58,378 nt of DNA from an uncultured Planctomycetia bacterium (GTDB lineage: Bacteria; Omnitrophota; Gorgyraeia; 2-02-FULL-51-18): assembly GCA_964374005.1 (NCBI GenBank), contig CAYJXB010000001.1, positions 1 to 58,378 on the forward strand, read 5' to 3'. A program made the position numbers and the translations under genes. This document shows positions 33,077 through 43,898 of the stretch, in pieces. The notes beneath the pieces were generated by a model that worked only from the letters and a program-made list of their open reading frames with translations, was not told the origin of the DNA and searched no databases. Position 1 is the stretch's first letter. Each line of letters starts with the position of its first letter.

Positions 33077-34039
33077 TCATTTATTTGTGTACCGCCGATT
33101 ATACTTGTTTCCAGCGGCTTTGTAAAGGGCTTTTAAAGCCCTTTTAGAGTCGTCCCGGATGGCTTTCTTAAGGGCCTCTCGGGTAGGAAAGCGCCGGATG
33201 GATCGGAGCCGTTTAACAAAAATTAGCTCCAGCTCCTTGCCGTAGATCGTCCGGTGAAAATCGAAAAAATGGACCTCCAGCGATCTTTCCCGGTCCTGAA
33301 AAGTGGGCCTCTCCCCGATGTGAATCACTCCTCTTAACCGTTTTTTATTTAAGTAACCCCAGGCGGCGTAAACGCCGGAAGGCGGGAGCGTTTCGTGATG
33401 CGGGTTGAGATTGGCGGTGGGAAAACCCAACGCCTCTCCTCTTCCCCGCCCGTGGACCACCGTTCCATAAACCGAAACCGGACGGCCAAGCATTTGCGCC
33501 GCTTTTGCAAGCCTGCCTGATTCAATCAGGCGTCGGATAGAGGTGCTTGAAATAATCTTACGCTGGATCCGCACCGGCTTAAAAACCGACAATCTAAAAC
33601 CGATCATTTTGGATCGCTCGGCTAAATAGGCAGTCGTTCCCAGCCCTTGATGGCCGAAGCGAAAATCATGCCCCACGGAAAGAGAGAGCATCCCCAGCCG
33701 TTTGAAAAGCAGCGACTCAAGAAAAAATTCGTGCGTAATTTTTGAAAAACGCTTGCTGAATGGAATCACAAGCGTTTCTTGAAAACCCATTTTCTCAAAA
33801 AATCTTAAGCGGTGCGCCAGCGATATTAAAATAGGGTCAGCCGCTTTTGGCCTCAACACTTTCATGGGATGAGGCTCAAACGTGACGGCCATCGCGCTGG
33901 CGCGCGTTCGGCGGGCGTCGTGCACCACTTGTCTTAAAATTTTCTGATGGCCTCGATGAACGCCGTCAAAAACGCCGATCGCGATGCATCGCTTCTTTCG
34001 TTTCATCGCTTTATCATGAAGGCCGCGATAAATTTTCAC
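33077..34039 (-). CDS. ribF: bifunctional riboflavin kinase / FAD synthetase
   Basis: GVFDGVHRGHQ, PTAN, C-terminal kinase domain (E.H...F). Confidence 0.93.
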   Translation of the reverse strand: MKIYRGLHDKAMKRKKRCIAIGVFDGVHRGHQKILRQVVHDARRTRASAMAVTFEPHPMKVLRPKAADPILISLAHRLRFFEKMGFQETLVIPFSKRFSKITHEFFLESLLFKRLGMLSLSVGHDFRFGHQGLGTTAYLAERSKMIGFRLSVFKPVRIQRKIISSTSIRRLIESGRLAKAAQMLGRPVSVYGTVVHGRGRGEALGFPTANLNPHHETLPPSGVYAAWGYLNKKRLRGVIHIGERPTFQDRERSLEVHFFDFHRTIYGKELELIFVKRLRSIRRFPTREALKKAIRDDSKRALKALYKAAGNKYNRRYTNK

Positions 34040-34707
34040 TTGAAGCGGCTTTCAAGGCTCTCCAGGGGCATCGTTAGCAGCTCTTCCCTGGTCAACGCCT
34101 CGGTCAAAGCAAACATCCCCACACGCTCTCTCACGAGCGACGACAGCGTGGCGCCGCAGCCAAGTTTCCGTCCTGCCAGGCTGCAAACCGACCGCACATA
34201 AGTGCCTTTCGAGCAAGTGAGCGAGAAATATATTTCAGGAGATTCAAAACGGGTCAACTCCAGCTTAGAAATCGTAATGTATTTTTCTTTTCCTTCCATC
34301 AACACCCCTCGGCGAGCCCAATGATAGAGCCGGCGGCCTTGGTGACGTATCGCCGAATAGGCCGGGGGTTTTAGCTTCTGGGGACCGTGTAACGCTGAAA
34401 AAACATCCAGAATCAAGTCCTTTTGGACGGCTCCGTAATCCCGCTCCTCTAAAATCCGTCCTTCCAAATCCTCCGTATCCGTCACAAGTCCTAGCATCAT
34501 ACTGCCCGAATATTCTTTGTCAAAACCGCTGAATTCTTGCGACCATTTGGTCGCCTTTCCCACCAGAATCACCAAAAGCCCGGTGGCCAAAGGATCCAGT
34601 GTGCCCGCATGTCCGACGGCTCTCTGGTCGAGCCGTTGCCGTACAAAATCCACCGCGTCGTGGCTGGTCCATAACACGGGCTTGTTAAAAAGCAAGATCC
34701 CATCCAT
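34036..34707 (-). CDS. truB: tRNA pseudouridine(55) synthase
   Basis: GILLFNKP...TSHD, GHAGTLDPLATG catalytic Asp motif. Short (223 aa, little PUA region). Confidence 0.9.
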   Translation of the reverse strand: MDGILLFNKPVLWTSHDAVDFVRQRLDQRAVGHAGTLDPLATGLLVILVGKATKWSQEFSGFDKEYSGSMMLGLVTDTEDLEGRILEERDYGAVQKDLILDVFSALHGPQKLKPPAYSAIRHQGRRLYHWARRGVLMEGKEKYITISKLELTRFESPEIYFSLTCSKGTYVRSVCSLAGRKLGCGATLSSLVRERVGMFALTEALTREELLTMPLESLESRFK

Positions 34708-34711
34708 TTTC

Positions 34712-35053
34712 TTATTTATCTTTTAGTTTTCTTAGAATTTCATCTATCTTTTGTCCGTGTTCCAGCGCGTGGTCGGCTTGAAACTTCATTTCTATCGCGT
34801 ATTTCATGTTGATCCGCTCGATCGCGAGTCGCTTGATGAACCGCATGTTTTCCGCGAGCGCCTCTTCGGTCGAGCGTCTTTGTTCCTCGTTTCCCAATAC
34901 GCTGTAGAACACCTTGGCGAATCTCAAATCGTCCGTTAACTCGATACGGGTGATCGTGATAAAACCCATGCGGGGGTCGTTCAGATCATCAAGGAATACC
35001 ATGCTGATGATCTTTCTCAATTCTTCCGCCACCTGATTGGAACGTTGGGACAT
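34712..35053 (-). CDS. rbfA: ribosome-binding factor A
   Basis: 113 aa. DPR.GF.TIT.(V/I)E.(S/T)DL..A.V(F/Y) pattern. Operon with truB. GGAGG 5 nt upstream. Confidence 0.92.
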   Translation of the reverse strand: MSQRSNQVAEELRKIISMVFLDDLNDPRMGFITITRIELTDDLRFAKVFYSVLGNEEQRRSTEEALAENMRFIKRLAIERINMKYAIEMKFQADHALEHGQKIDEILRKLKDK

Positions 35054-35071
35054 AAATACCTCCGTTATCTT

Positions 35072-35187
35072 AACTCAAAACTTAAAAGGTAAAACGCAAA
35101 ACTTTTGGGTCACTCCGTGACCTGTAATCAACCCAGGTCGCGAAGCGACACAATAGTTTTACGTTTTTAGTTTTAAGTTTTACGTTT
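35072..35187. repeat. F3-A: long hairpin element between xerD and rbfA
   Basis: A/T-rich arms built of AAAACG/GTTTTA-type units (AACTCAAAACTTAAAAGGTAAAACGCAAAAC ... AGTTTTACGTTTTTAGTTTTAAGTTTTACGTT) around hairpins GGTCAC-TCC-GTGACC and GTCGC-GAA-GCGAC. Confidence 0.8.
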
Positions 35188-35191
35188 CTTT

Positions 35192-36079
35192 TCATGGTCG
35201 TGGATGAAATTTCTGATGGATGGATTTGAGTCGTGAGGCTTCCACATGCGTGTAGATTTGAGTCGTGGAAATGTCTGAGTGACCCAAGAGCTCCTGCACC
35301 ACGCGTAGATCCGCGCCATTCTCGAGCAAGTGCGTGGCAAAAGAATGCCTCAAAATATGCGGATAAATCTTTTTTTTCACTTTGACGAGCCGGGAATATT
35401 TTTTAAGAATACCCCAGACGGCCTGTCGCGACATTTTCCGGCCTAGGCGCGTGACAAATAAAGCGTCCTCCGGGCGCTCTTTGACCCATTGAGGCCTTAC
35501 TTGATTCAGGTATCTTTGGACGCTTTTTTTAGCCGCCGCGCCAACCGGGACAATCCTTTCCTTATCCCCCTTGCCGATCACTCGAATATAACCCAAGTCG
35601 AAATTTAAATGGCCCAGCTTGACTGTGGCCGCCTCGCTCGCCCGTATTCCAGTGGCGTAGAGAAGCTCAAGTAGTGCCTGGTCCCTGGCGCCTTGAGCCT
35701 TGTGGGCATTGGGCGCCTTCAAAAGCGCCTCTACCTCCATCACGCTTAAGGCTTCCGGGAGATGCTTCCAAAGCTTTGGGGCCTCCAACACGTCCGTCAC
35801 GTCTTCTTTGATCCGCCCTTCCTGGGCCAGAAACCGGTGCCATAGGCGGATCGCCACGAGCCCCCGCGAAACCGAGCTGGGAGACAGCCCACGATCCTTT
35901 TCCTTTAGCATGAATTCCATGATCTCTTTACGCGTCACCTCTTCCAGCGATGAAATCCTGGCTCGCTTTAAATAATCACTGTACCGTTTGAGATCCCGCG
36001 CGTAGGCAAGAAGCGTATTTTTAGAAAGGCCTTTTTCAATGGAGAGGTAATCCAGGAAAAGAGTGACTGAGTCACGCAT
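35192..36079 (-). CDS. xerD: tyrosine recombinase XerD/XerC family
   Basis: FLDYLSIEKGLSKNTLLAY, HILRHSFATHLLENGADLRVVQELLGHSDISTTQIYTHV. Confidence 0.85.
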   Translation of the reverse strand: MRDSVTLFLDYLSIEKGLSKNTLLAYARDLKRYSDYLKRARISSLEEVTRKEIMEFMLKEKDRGLSPSSVSRGLVAIRLWHRFLAQEGRIKEDVTDVLEAPKLWKHLPEALSVMEVEALLKAPNAHKAQGARDQALLELLYATGIRASEAATVKLGHLNFDLGYIRVIGKGDKERIVPVGAAAKKSVQRYLNQVRPQWVKERPEDALFVTRLGRKMSRQAVWGILKKYSRLVKVKKKIYPHILRHSFATHLLENGADLRVVQELLGHSDISTTQIYTHVEASRLKSIHQKFHPRP

Positions 36080-36590
36080 TCGTCGCGCCCAGATCGATCG
36101 TGTCAGGCAATAAGTCGTTTTTCACTTTGTCATAATAAAACTGATTTGAAACGAGGCGATGGATCTTTTCCAACTCCACACGGATGCCGCCCTGCTCCGA
36201 ATCCGAATAACCGCCGGACTTGATTCGCTGCGTGATCTTGGCCAGGGATTCCAGCTGAGACTTCAGCTCCTCCTGTTTGGCGGGGGCCAAATAGCGATTC
36301 ATTTCTTGCAGGTTGCCGAGCGCTTCCTCGGCGGCGCGCGAGATCTTCTTATGGTTTCCGCCGAGCTGATTGATCAATTCATCCTGCCAGCTCTTCCAGA
36401 AGGTGAAATGAGTTTTGTAATAATAATCGTTGGAGTATTTCTTCTGATAAGGCCCTTCCTGCAAATAGACAACGGCCGGAGTATGGTGCGGCACCTTTTT
36501 TTTGCGCGTAAATTTCTTTTGAACCGAGGCGCAACCGGCCGCATTCATCATCAAAATAAATACCAGAAAAAAACCAACCCATTTTCTCAT
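36072..36590 (-). CDS. hypothetical lipoprotein
   Basis: Signal peptide with lipobox MMNAAGC. No recognisable domain. Confidence 0.6.
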   Translation of the reverse strand: MRKWVGFFLVFILMMNAAGCASVQKKFTRKKKVPHHTPAVVYLQEGPYQKKYSNDYYYKTHFTFWKSWQDELINQLGGNHKKISRAAEEALGNLQEMNRYLAPAKQEELKSQLESLAKITQRIKSGGYSDSEQGGIRVELEKIHRLVSNQFYYDKVKNDLLPDTIDLGATNA

Positions 36591-36592
36591 CT

Positions 36593-38909
<2,317 letters not shown>

Positions 38910-39162
38910 TTTTTTCTCTTCTTACCTCCGGCATAGCCGCCGACGCTGCCGTCCGAGCGAATCACGCGGTGGCATGGAACCACGATCAGGAACTTATTCT
39001 TTCCGACGGCGTTTCCCACCGCCCGGACAGCGCGTGGATGACCGACGGCCCGCGCCAGTTTCGCGTAAGACCAGGTCTCGCCGTAAGGGATCTCACAAAT
39101 TTTGTCCCATACCTTGCGCTGAAACGCGGTGCCGTTCTGGTGAACGCGGAAAGAAAATTTCT

Positions 39163-39573
39163 TCAAAGCGAACTCAAAATACTTTTAAAAAAAAGCTTAT
39201 CTTTCTCATGCGTCAGAAGCTCGGCTACTTTTTCTTTCGCCACCCATCGCGCCTCGGGATTCTCAGGGTCCACTGGTTTGAGCGCGGTTTCATTGGTTTT
39301 GAACAAAAAAAGATGTATTTTTTTGAGCTCGCTCGTATCCTCCGGCTTTCCCAAGCCGATACGATGCCGCTCGTAAAAACCCAGTTCTTTCACGAACGTG
39401 AGGTCCTGTATCCCGGATTCCTCATAAACCTCACGCTTCGCGGCTGCGAGCGCGTCCTCGCCGGGATCGAGATGCCCTTTAGGCAAAGACCATGATTTTC
39501 CGTGCTGACTTACCACGAGAACTTCGCCTTTTGGATTGACGACGACCCCTCCGGCGCTTTCCGTCTTTTTCAT
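39163..39573 (-). CDS. NUDIX hydrolase
   Basis: Nudix box GHLDPGEDALAAAKREVYEESGI. AAGGA 6 nt upstream of the ATG. Confidence 0.88.
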   Translation of the reverse strand: MKKTESAGGVVVNPKGEVLVVSQHGKSWSLPKGHLDPGEDALAAAKREVYEESGIQDLTFVKELGFYERHRIGLGKPEDTSELKKIHLFLFKTNETALKPVDPENPEARWVAKEKVAELLTHEKDKLFFKSILSSL

Positions 39574-39600
39574 TGATTATCCTTAAATCCAATTAGCATA

Positions 39601-39620
39601 AAATATGGTCGGGATGCAGG
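39601..39620 (-). repeat. Duplicate of the tRNA-Pro 3' end plus 5 downstream nt (direct repeat of 39732..39751)
   Basis: AAATATGGTCGGGATGCAGG is identical 20/20 at both positions, 131 bp apart. Confidence 0.9.
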
Positions 39621-39684
39621 CCGAACCGCTCAAAAACTCCGCGGCATTCGTCCTCGCGATATTCTAAAAACCACGCTCGGCGAA

Positions 39685-39724
39685 GGATTTGAACTGGGAC
39701 GGGTTCAAATCCCCCAATCCCGAC
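39685..39724. repeat. Two further tRNA-Pro T-arm/acceptor fragments in opposite orientations, forming a 10-bp perfect inverted repeat
   Basis: GGATTTGAAC (39685-39694) and GTTCAAATCC (39703-39712). The plus-sense string GGGTTCAAATCCC-CCA-ATCCCGAC (39701-39724) matches the tRNA 3' half GGGTTCAAATCCC-TGC-ATCCCGAC. Confidence 0.75.
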
Positions 39725-39736
39725 TAATGTGAAATA

Positions 39737-39814
39737 TGGTCGGGATGCAGGGATTTGAACCCTGGACCTCCTGGTCCCGAACCAGGCGCGCTAGCCAAAC
39801 TGCGCTACATCCCG
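39737..39814 (-). tRNA. tRNA-Pro (anticodon CGG), CCA encoded
   Basis: Minus-strand read CGGGATG TA GCGC AGTTTGGCTA GCGC G CCTGG TTCGGGA CCAGG AGGTC CAGGG TTCAAAT CCCTG CATCCCG A CCA. This gives a complete cloverleaf with 7/4/5/5-bp stems and anticodon loop TTCGGGA. Confidence 0.95.
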
Positions 39815-40035
39815 ATTTAAACTCAAATAGTATACTTAAATTTATACGCGCCTGCCAGCGCTCGAAGCGAAGGCCCTCAAGGCCGAAGCGGAGTGCCGCA
39901 AGCAAGAGCTTGCGGCCTAGCCCCCGCCACAAAGCTCGTCGGGTCCGTCTCAAAAATCGCGGCGAGATTTGTGGACGGGTCCGCCGCGCTTTTTGGCGGA
40001 AAGCTGAGCCACGCCCCGTAATCTTGAACATTTAA

Positions 40036-40638
40036 TTATAGATGAGATGAGATGCGATGTAAACTCTGATGCTCTTCGCTCTGGAGGGCTTTATAAATGA
40101 GGATTTTGGTTTTTTGCGCTCGCTGGTCAACAATCCACTTGATCCCAAAAAGAAGCGCCGCCGCCAAATACTGAAAGAAATAACGCGGGATCAAAAACGA
40201 CAAAGCAAATGCCAGGATTCCCAGCGTCAGCCATAGACCATTCCAAAATCGTTGGCGCTTAAACGGCTGTTTGAATGGTGTGATCGGCTTGCCGCAGTGA
40301 GGGCATTGGAGTGTCGGGACGTGCCCCATGAGGCCTTGCGCGCGGCGGACAGACGCGGCAGGCGCTTTTTCTGACTCCGCTTCCTGCAGGCGGCTTGAAA
40401 GCTCTCTGGCTTGTGTCACAAGAATCTCATCTTCTGGATGCGTCTTCAAATGATTTAACATGCGCTCCAATTCAATCGTCTCAAGCTCGTCACGGATAAA
40501 ACGGCAAAGATCCTCCGTAGAGGGATATTCCACTGACGCCGACGCGCGGTTCGGAGCGGCGGAGCCGCGGAGATCCGCCGAAGCTTTGATAGCGGATTCC
40601 AAGAAATCCTTTAACGCGAGGTCTATTTTATCCATCAT
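40036..40638 (-). CDS. putative anti-sigma factor (zinc-ribbon CPHCG motif, C-terminal TM segments)
   Basis: Adjacent to the ECF sigma gene stop with no gap. Contains CPHCGKPI and two hydrophobic helices. Function inferred from context only. Confidence 0.45.
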   Translation of the reverse strand: MMDKIDLALKDFLESAIKASADLRGSAAPNRASASVEYPSTEDLCRFIRDELETIELERMLNHLKTHPEDEILVTQARELSSRLQEAESEKAPAASVRRAQGLMGHVPTLQCPHCGKPITPFKQPFKRQRFWNGLWLTLGILAFALSFLIPRYFFQYLAAALLFGIKWIVDQRAQKTKILIYKALQSEEHQSLHRISSHL

Positions 40639-41256
40639 TTATTTTAGCCCTTTGCGCTGGAAACTCGTTTGCAGCTTTTCTTTGGTCCGCTGAATGATAC
40701 TGGAGACGGTCCCGACAGGCACCCCCAAGATCGCCGCGATGTCTTGATGGGCTTTTCCGTCCATGTAGTGCCATTCGACGCAGGTTCTTTCTTTGGGCGA
40801 CAGACGCTCGAGAATTTCGGAAATGGCGAGATCCCGCTCATCAGAAATGACGCGCGCCGAAGGGCCTTGCGAGCTATCTTCAAGAATATCAGCCAGAATG
40901 ACGGCTTCGCCGGTATCCTTTGGAAGAAACTCTTTTTCAAGGGAAACGTCCCTTGATTCCCGGCGTCTGAGAGACCTGATTTTATCCAGAGCCCCATGCA
41001 TCGCCATGACGACCAGAAACTGGCGCAGATGCCCGGTTTCACGAAGCTTTTCAAGCTCTCTATTTTCCAAGATCCGCCTAAAAATTTCCTGAAAAATGTC
41101 ATCACAGACGTCTTTTTTTAATCTGAGCGGGCTTTTTTCAAGCGCTTTTTGGATGCTCCAATAGATCAGATTGGAAAAGCGCCCCACAAAAAGGTCCCAG
41201 GCTTTTTTGTCCCCCGCCAAGCATCCTTGAATCAACTCGCGATCGCTCTCAGGCAA
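40639..41256 (-). CDS. RNA polymerase sigma-70 family, ECF-type sigma factor
   Basis: 205 aa. Region 2 (DDIFQEIFRRIL) and region 4 HTH (QDIAAILGVPVGTVSSIIQRTKEKL). Confidence 0.85.
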   Translation of the reverse strand: MPESDRELIQGCLAGDKKAWDLFVGRFSNLIYWSIQKALEKSPLRLKKDVCDDIFQEIFRRILENRELEKLRETGHLRQFLVVMAMHGALDKIRSLRRRESRDVSLEKEFLPKDTGEAVILADILEDSSQGPSARVISDERDLAISEILERLSPKERTCVEWHYMDGKAHQDIAAILGVPVGTVSSIIQRTKEKLQTSFQRKGLK

Positions 41257-41272
41257 CCAGGATCCCCAATCC

Positions 41273-42115
41273 TTATGTCCCTATTTTGACATTCCTCAAG
41301 ATCCGTTCCAGAGTCGCGACGGCCGAAAGGATGGCCAGATGACTGGTCTTGGGATTCTCCTCGGAAGGAAAATTTTCCGTCCGCGTATAGAAGGACCCGA
41401 AATCGCCTTGGACATAAACCTCATGGACATTCACCAGCATCTGAGGCGCCGCGATGATCCGGACTTTGGTCTTCTTGGCACCTAACCCCACGAGGCTTAA
41501 AGTAGCGGAAACATTGATATTTTTGGGAAAACCTTTGACCGCCTGGGCGGCATTCCCCTCAAACAATACCTTCTCTTCTTTCAATTTTTTTAAGTTTATC
41601 CCGTGCGTCACGACATAAGGGGCATCTTCAAATCCTTGAGGGGGTTTTCTCGTCGTGAGCGTGACGCGGTGAATCTTGCCGATCCGGGCGGCCTTTAAGC
41701 CGTCGATCCCCACGACTCCGCCGCTCGGCAAATAGAGACAGGAACGGTGAGCCCTGGCGAGATTAAAAATTTCCTTTTCTTTGCCGAGAAGCCCTCCGAC
41801 GCTCATGATCATCACGTCTTTTCCCAAAGAGATCGCTTTTTTCGCGACCTCATAAGCGGCCTGTTTGGAAGCGGCCTCGATCACGAGATCGCAACGCCTG
41901 ATCAACGCGTCGATCGAAACGATTTTGGGTTTGGCCTCCGGCCCTATGAGCCGTAAGGCCCGGAGGGGGCGAAGCTTGTTCTGGAGCTTTCGGGCTTTTG
42001 CCAGGTCCACATCGGCAATGGCCTCGAGCGTCACTTCGTCGCTGAATCTTTTAAGACAAGCCGACGCGAGCTCAGCCCCGATCGTGCCGCATCCGATAAT
42101 ACCAACCTTGATCAT
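41273..42115 (-). CDS. nadX: putative L-aspartate dehydrogenase (NadX family)
   Basis: Rossmann N-terminus [13 protein letters not shown], about 280 aa, NadX-like C-terminal region. Upstream of panD and panC. Confidence 0.6.
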   Translation of the reverse strand: MIKVGIIGCGTIGAELASACLKRFSDEVTLEAIADVDLAKARKLQNKLRPLRALRLIGPEAKPKIVSIDALIRRCDLVIEAASKQAAYEVAKKAISLGKDVMIMSVGGLLGKEKEIFNLARAHRSCLYLPSGGVVGIDGLKAARIGKIHRVTLTTRKPPQGFEDAPYVVTHGINLKKLKEEKVLFEGNAAQAVKGFPKNINVSATLSLVGLGAKKTKVRIIAAPQMLVNVHEVYVQGDFGSFYTRTENFPSEENPKTSHLAILSAVATLERILRNVKIGT

Positions 42116-42468
42116 ATTTTTGACTTTGCTCGATTCTTTTCATCGACAAATATCACCTGAGGCTTGTGTTTCTTGATTTCCTTCGAGCTAAGAATTGAGT
42201 AAGAGATAATGATGACCTTATCCCCTACTTCTGCCCAACGGGCGGCCGCGCCGTTCATACAGATCGTGCCGGAACCGGCTTGCCCTTCCAAAACATACGT
42301 TTCCACTCGGGTGCCATTATGCAAATTGACGATTTGCACACGCTCAAACGGACAAATATCGGACGCCTTCAGAAGATTTTTATCGATCGTGATGGAGCCC
42401 GTGTAACGCAGGTTTGCCTCCGTGACTGTGGCGCCGTGAATTTTTGATTTCATAAGGACTCGAAGCAT
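42112..42468 (-). CDS. panD: aspartate 1-decarboxylase
   Basis: [24 protein letters not shown] with the self-processing G-S site. NGAAAR. Confidence 0.94.
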   Translation of the reverse strand: MLRVLMKSKIHGATVTEANLRYTGSITIDKNLLKASDICPFERVQIVNLHNGTRVETYVLEGQAGSGTICMNGAAARWAEVGDKVIIISYSILSSKEIKKHKPQVIFVDEKNRAKSKI

Positions 42469-42470
42469 GG

Positions 42471-43322
42471 TTACACCGTGATTAAGAAATTATCGATGAG
42501 CCTGACGTTTCCAAAGAAAACCGCGAGCGCTATCAGGATTTTCTGGCGGTTTTTCAATTCTACCACAGGTTCGAGCGTCTGGGCATCGACAATTTCAACA
42601 TAGTCGATTTTGAGATGCCGCGCGTTTTTTAGCACCTCTTTGACTCTCTTTTTGATCTTAGACGCATCGGCCACGCCGCTCTTGACTAAATCCGAGCCTC
42701 GTTGCAGCGCCCGGTACAAAAAAGGCGCCTCTTGCCGCTCGGGGGCCGACAACAAGACATTGCGTGAACTCATCGCGAGCCCATTGGGCTCTCGGACGAT
42801 GGGCGCCATTCTCACGCGGACCGGAAAATCCAGGTCCTTCACCATTTGCTCAATGAGTCGAAACTGCTGATAGTCCTTCTGGCCCAGATAAATCGTATCG
42901 GGCATGACAATATTTAAAAGTTTCAAAACGACAGTCGCCACGCCGACGAAATGGGACGGGCGTGAAACGCCGCACAACCCTTGAGCGAAGTTTTTGACCG
43001 AGACCGACGTTTGAAAATCTTCCGGATAAAACTCCCTCACACGCGGTGTAAAAAGAAAATTAATCTTTTCCTTTCGTAAAAGTTCGGTGTCTTTTCCCAG
43101 ATCTCTTGGGTATCGCCAAAAATCATCAAGGGGACCGAATTGCAATGGGTTCACAAAGATGCTGACCACGGTCGCCTTGTTCTCCTTCTTTGCCTGACGG
43201 ACAAGCGAGAGATGGCCTTCGTGAAGATACCCCATCGTCGGCACAAAACCAATCGCGCGGCGGCGTTTCCTTAAAGCCTGAAGCGCGTTTCTAAGCTCCT
43301 GAGAATGGCGTATAACTCTCAC
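42471..43322 (-). CDS. panC: pantoate--beta-alanine ligase
   Basis: [19 protein letters not shown] start 43322..43320 at the edge of F1-e. Confidence 0.94.
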   Translation of the reverse strand: MRVIRHSQELRNALQALRKRRRAIGFVPTMGYLHEGHLSLVRQAKKENKATVVSIFVNPLQFGPLDDFWRYPRDLGKDTELLRKEKINFLFTPRVREFYPEDFQTSVSVKNFAQGLCGVSRPSHFVGVATVVLKLLNIVMPDTIYLGQKDYQQFRLIEQMVKDLDFPVRVRMAPIVREPNGLAMSSRNVLLSAPERQEAPFLYRALQRGSDLVKSGVADASKIKKRVKEVLKNARHLKIDYVEIVDAQTLEPVVELKNRQKILIALAVFFGNVRLIDNFLITV

Positions 43323-43431
43323 CCCACCACCTTCTTTGTTTCACCGCGACGCCCAATGACACCAAGAGCGGTGAAAGGATTCGCCGCAGGCGAATCCAAG
43401 GATTCTTCGAATCTAAAAGAAGGTGGTGGGG
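43322..43431. repeat. F1-e: palindromic element between folK and panC
   Basis: Arms CCCCACCACCTTCTTT and AAAGAAGGTGGTGGGG (16/16). TCA at 43319-43321 and 43432-43434. Shares GATTCTTCGAATCTAAAAG with F1-a. Confidence 0.9.
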
Positions 43432-43898
43432 TCATGGCAAAGTTCTTCGTAAAGCTGCTTGATGGTTTTCTTAAGCTTTGGATGGACAAGGTCCGGCGCG
43501 ATCTCGAAGAGAGGTTGCAACACAAACTTCCTCTGTGCCAGCCGGGGATGCGGGATGCTTAAGGTTTTTCCCTCAAGGATCACCACATCCCCGTAAAATA
43601 AAATATCCAAATCCATGCTCCGCGGCGTGTTAGGCGGCGATTTTAAACGGCCAAGCCGGCGCTCGATCATCTTGAGTTGCGAAAGTAGTTCCAGCGGAAG
43701 AATGTCCGTGTCGATCTTGATCGCGCCGTTTAGGAATTTCCCTTGAAGCCCCCCCTCTACTTCCGGATCAGTTTCAATGAGGGCGGAGACGGCCTGAACC
43801 TGGATTTCCTTATTTTCTTTTAAAAGTGCCAAGGCTTTGTCGATGTTGGCTTGCCGGTCGCCAAGGTTGGATCCGATGCCTAGATAGACCAACGGCAT
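43413..43898 (-). CDS. folK: 2-amino-4-hydroxy-6-hydroxymethyldihydropteridine diphosphokinase
   Basis: VYLGIGSNLGDR, PRSMDLDIL, IPHPRL. The last 6 codons (DPTTFF) are read from the F1-e arm. Confidence 0.9.
   Translation of the reverse strand: MPLVYLGIGSNLGDRQANIDKALALLKENKEIQVQAVSALIETDPEVEGGLQGKFLNGAIKIDTDILPLELLSQLKMIERRLGRLKSPPNTPRSMDLDILFYGDVVILEGKTLSIPHPRLAQRKFVLQPLFEIAPDLVHPKLKKTIKQLYEELCHDPTTFF

Noticed and set aside
35192-36079. xerD as the integrase of an island at tRNA-Pro
   Set aside because: It lies 3.6 kb from the tRNA inside a housekeeping array (ligA, rbfA, truB). It has the canonical XerC/D C-terminal motif, and no cargo genes lie between it and the tRNA.
39705-40035. Two overlapping ~100-aa ORFs (one on each strand) in the tRNA-Pro region
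   Set aside because: Both run across the tRNA-Pro gene and the GC-rich spacer. The products are Arg-rich with no motif. They are artefacts of a stop-poor GC-rich stretch.
40644-41105. 153-aa minus-strand ORF
   Set aside because: It is an alternative frame inside the ECF sigma gene, and the sigma frame has region 2 and region 4 motifs.
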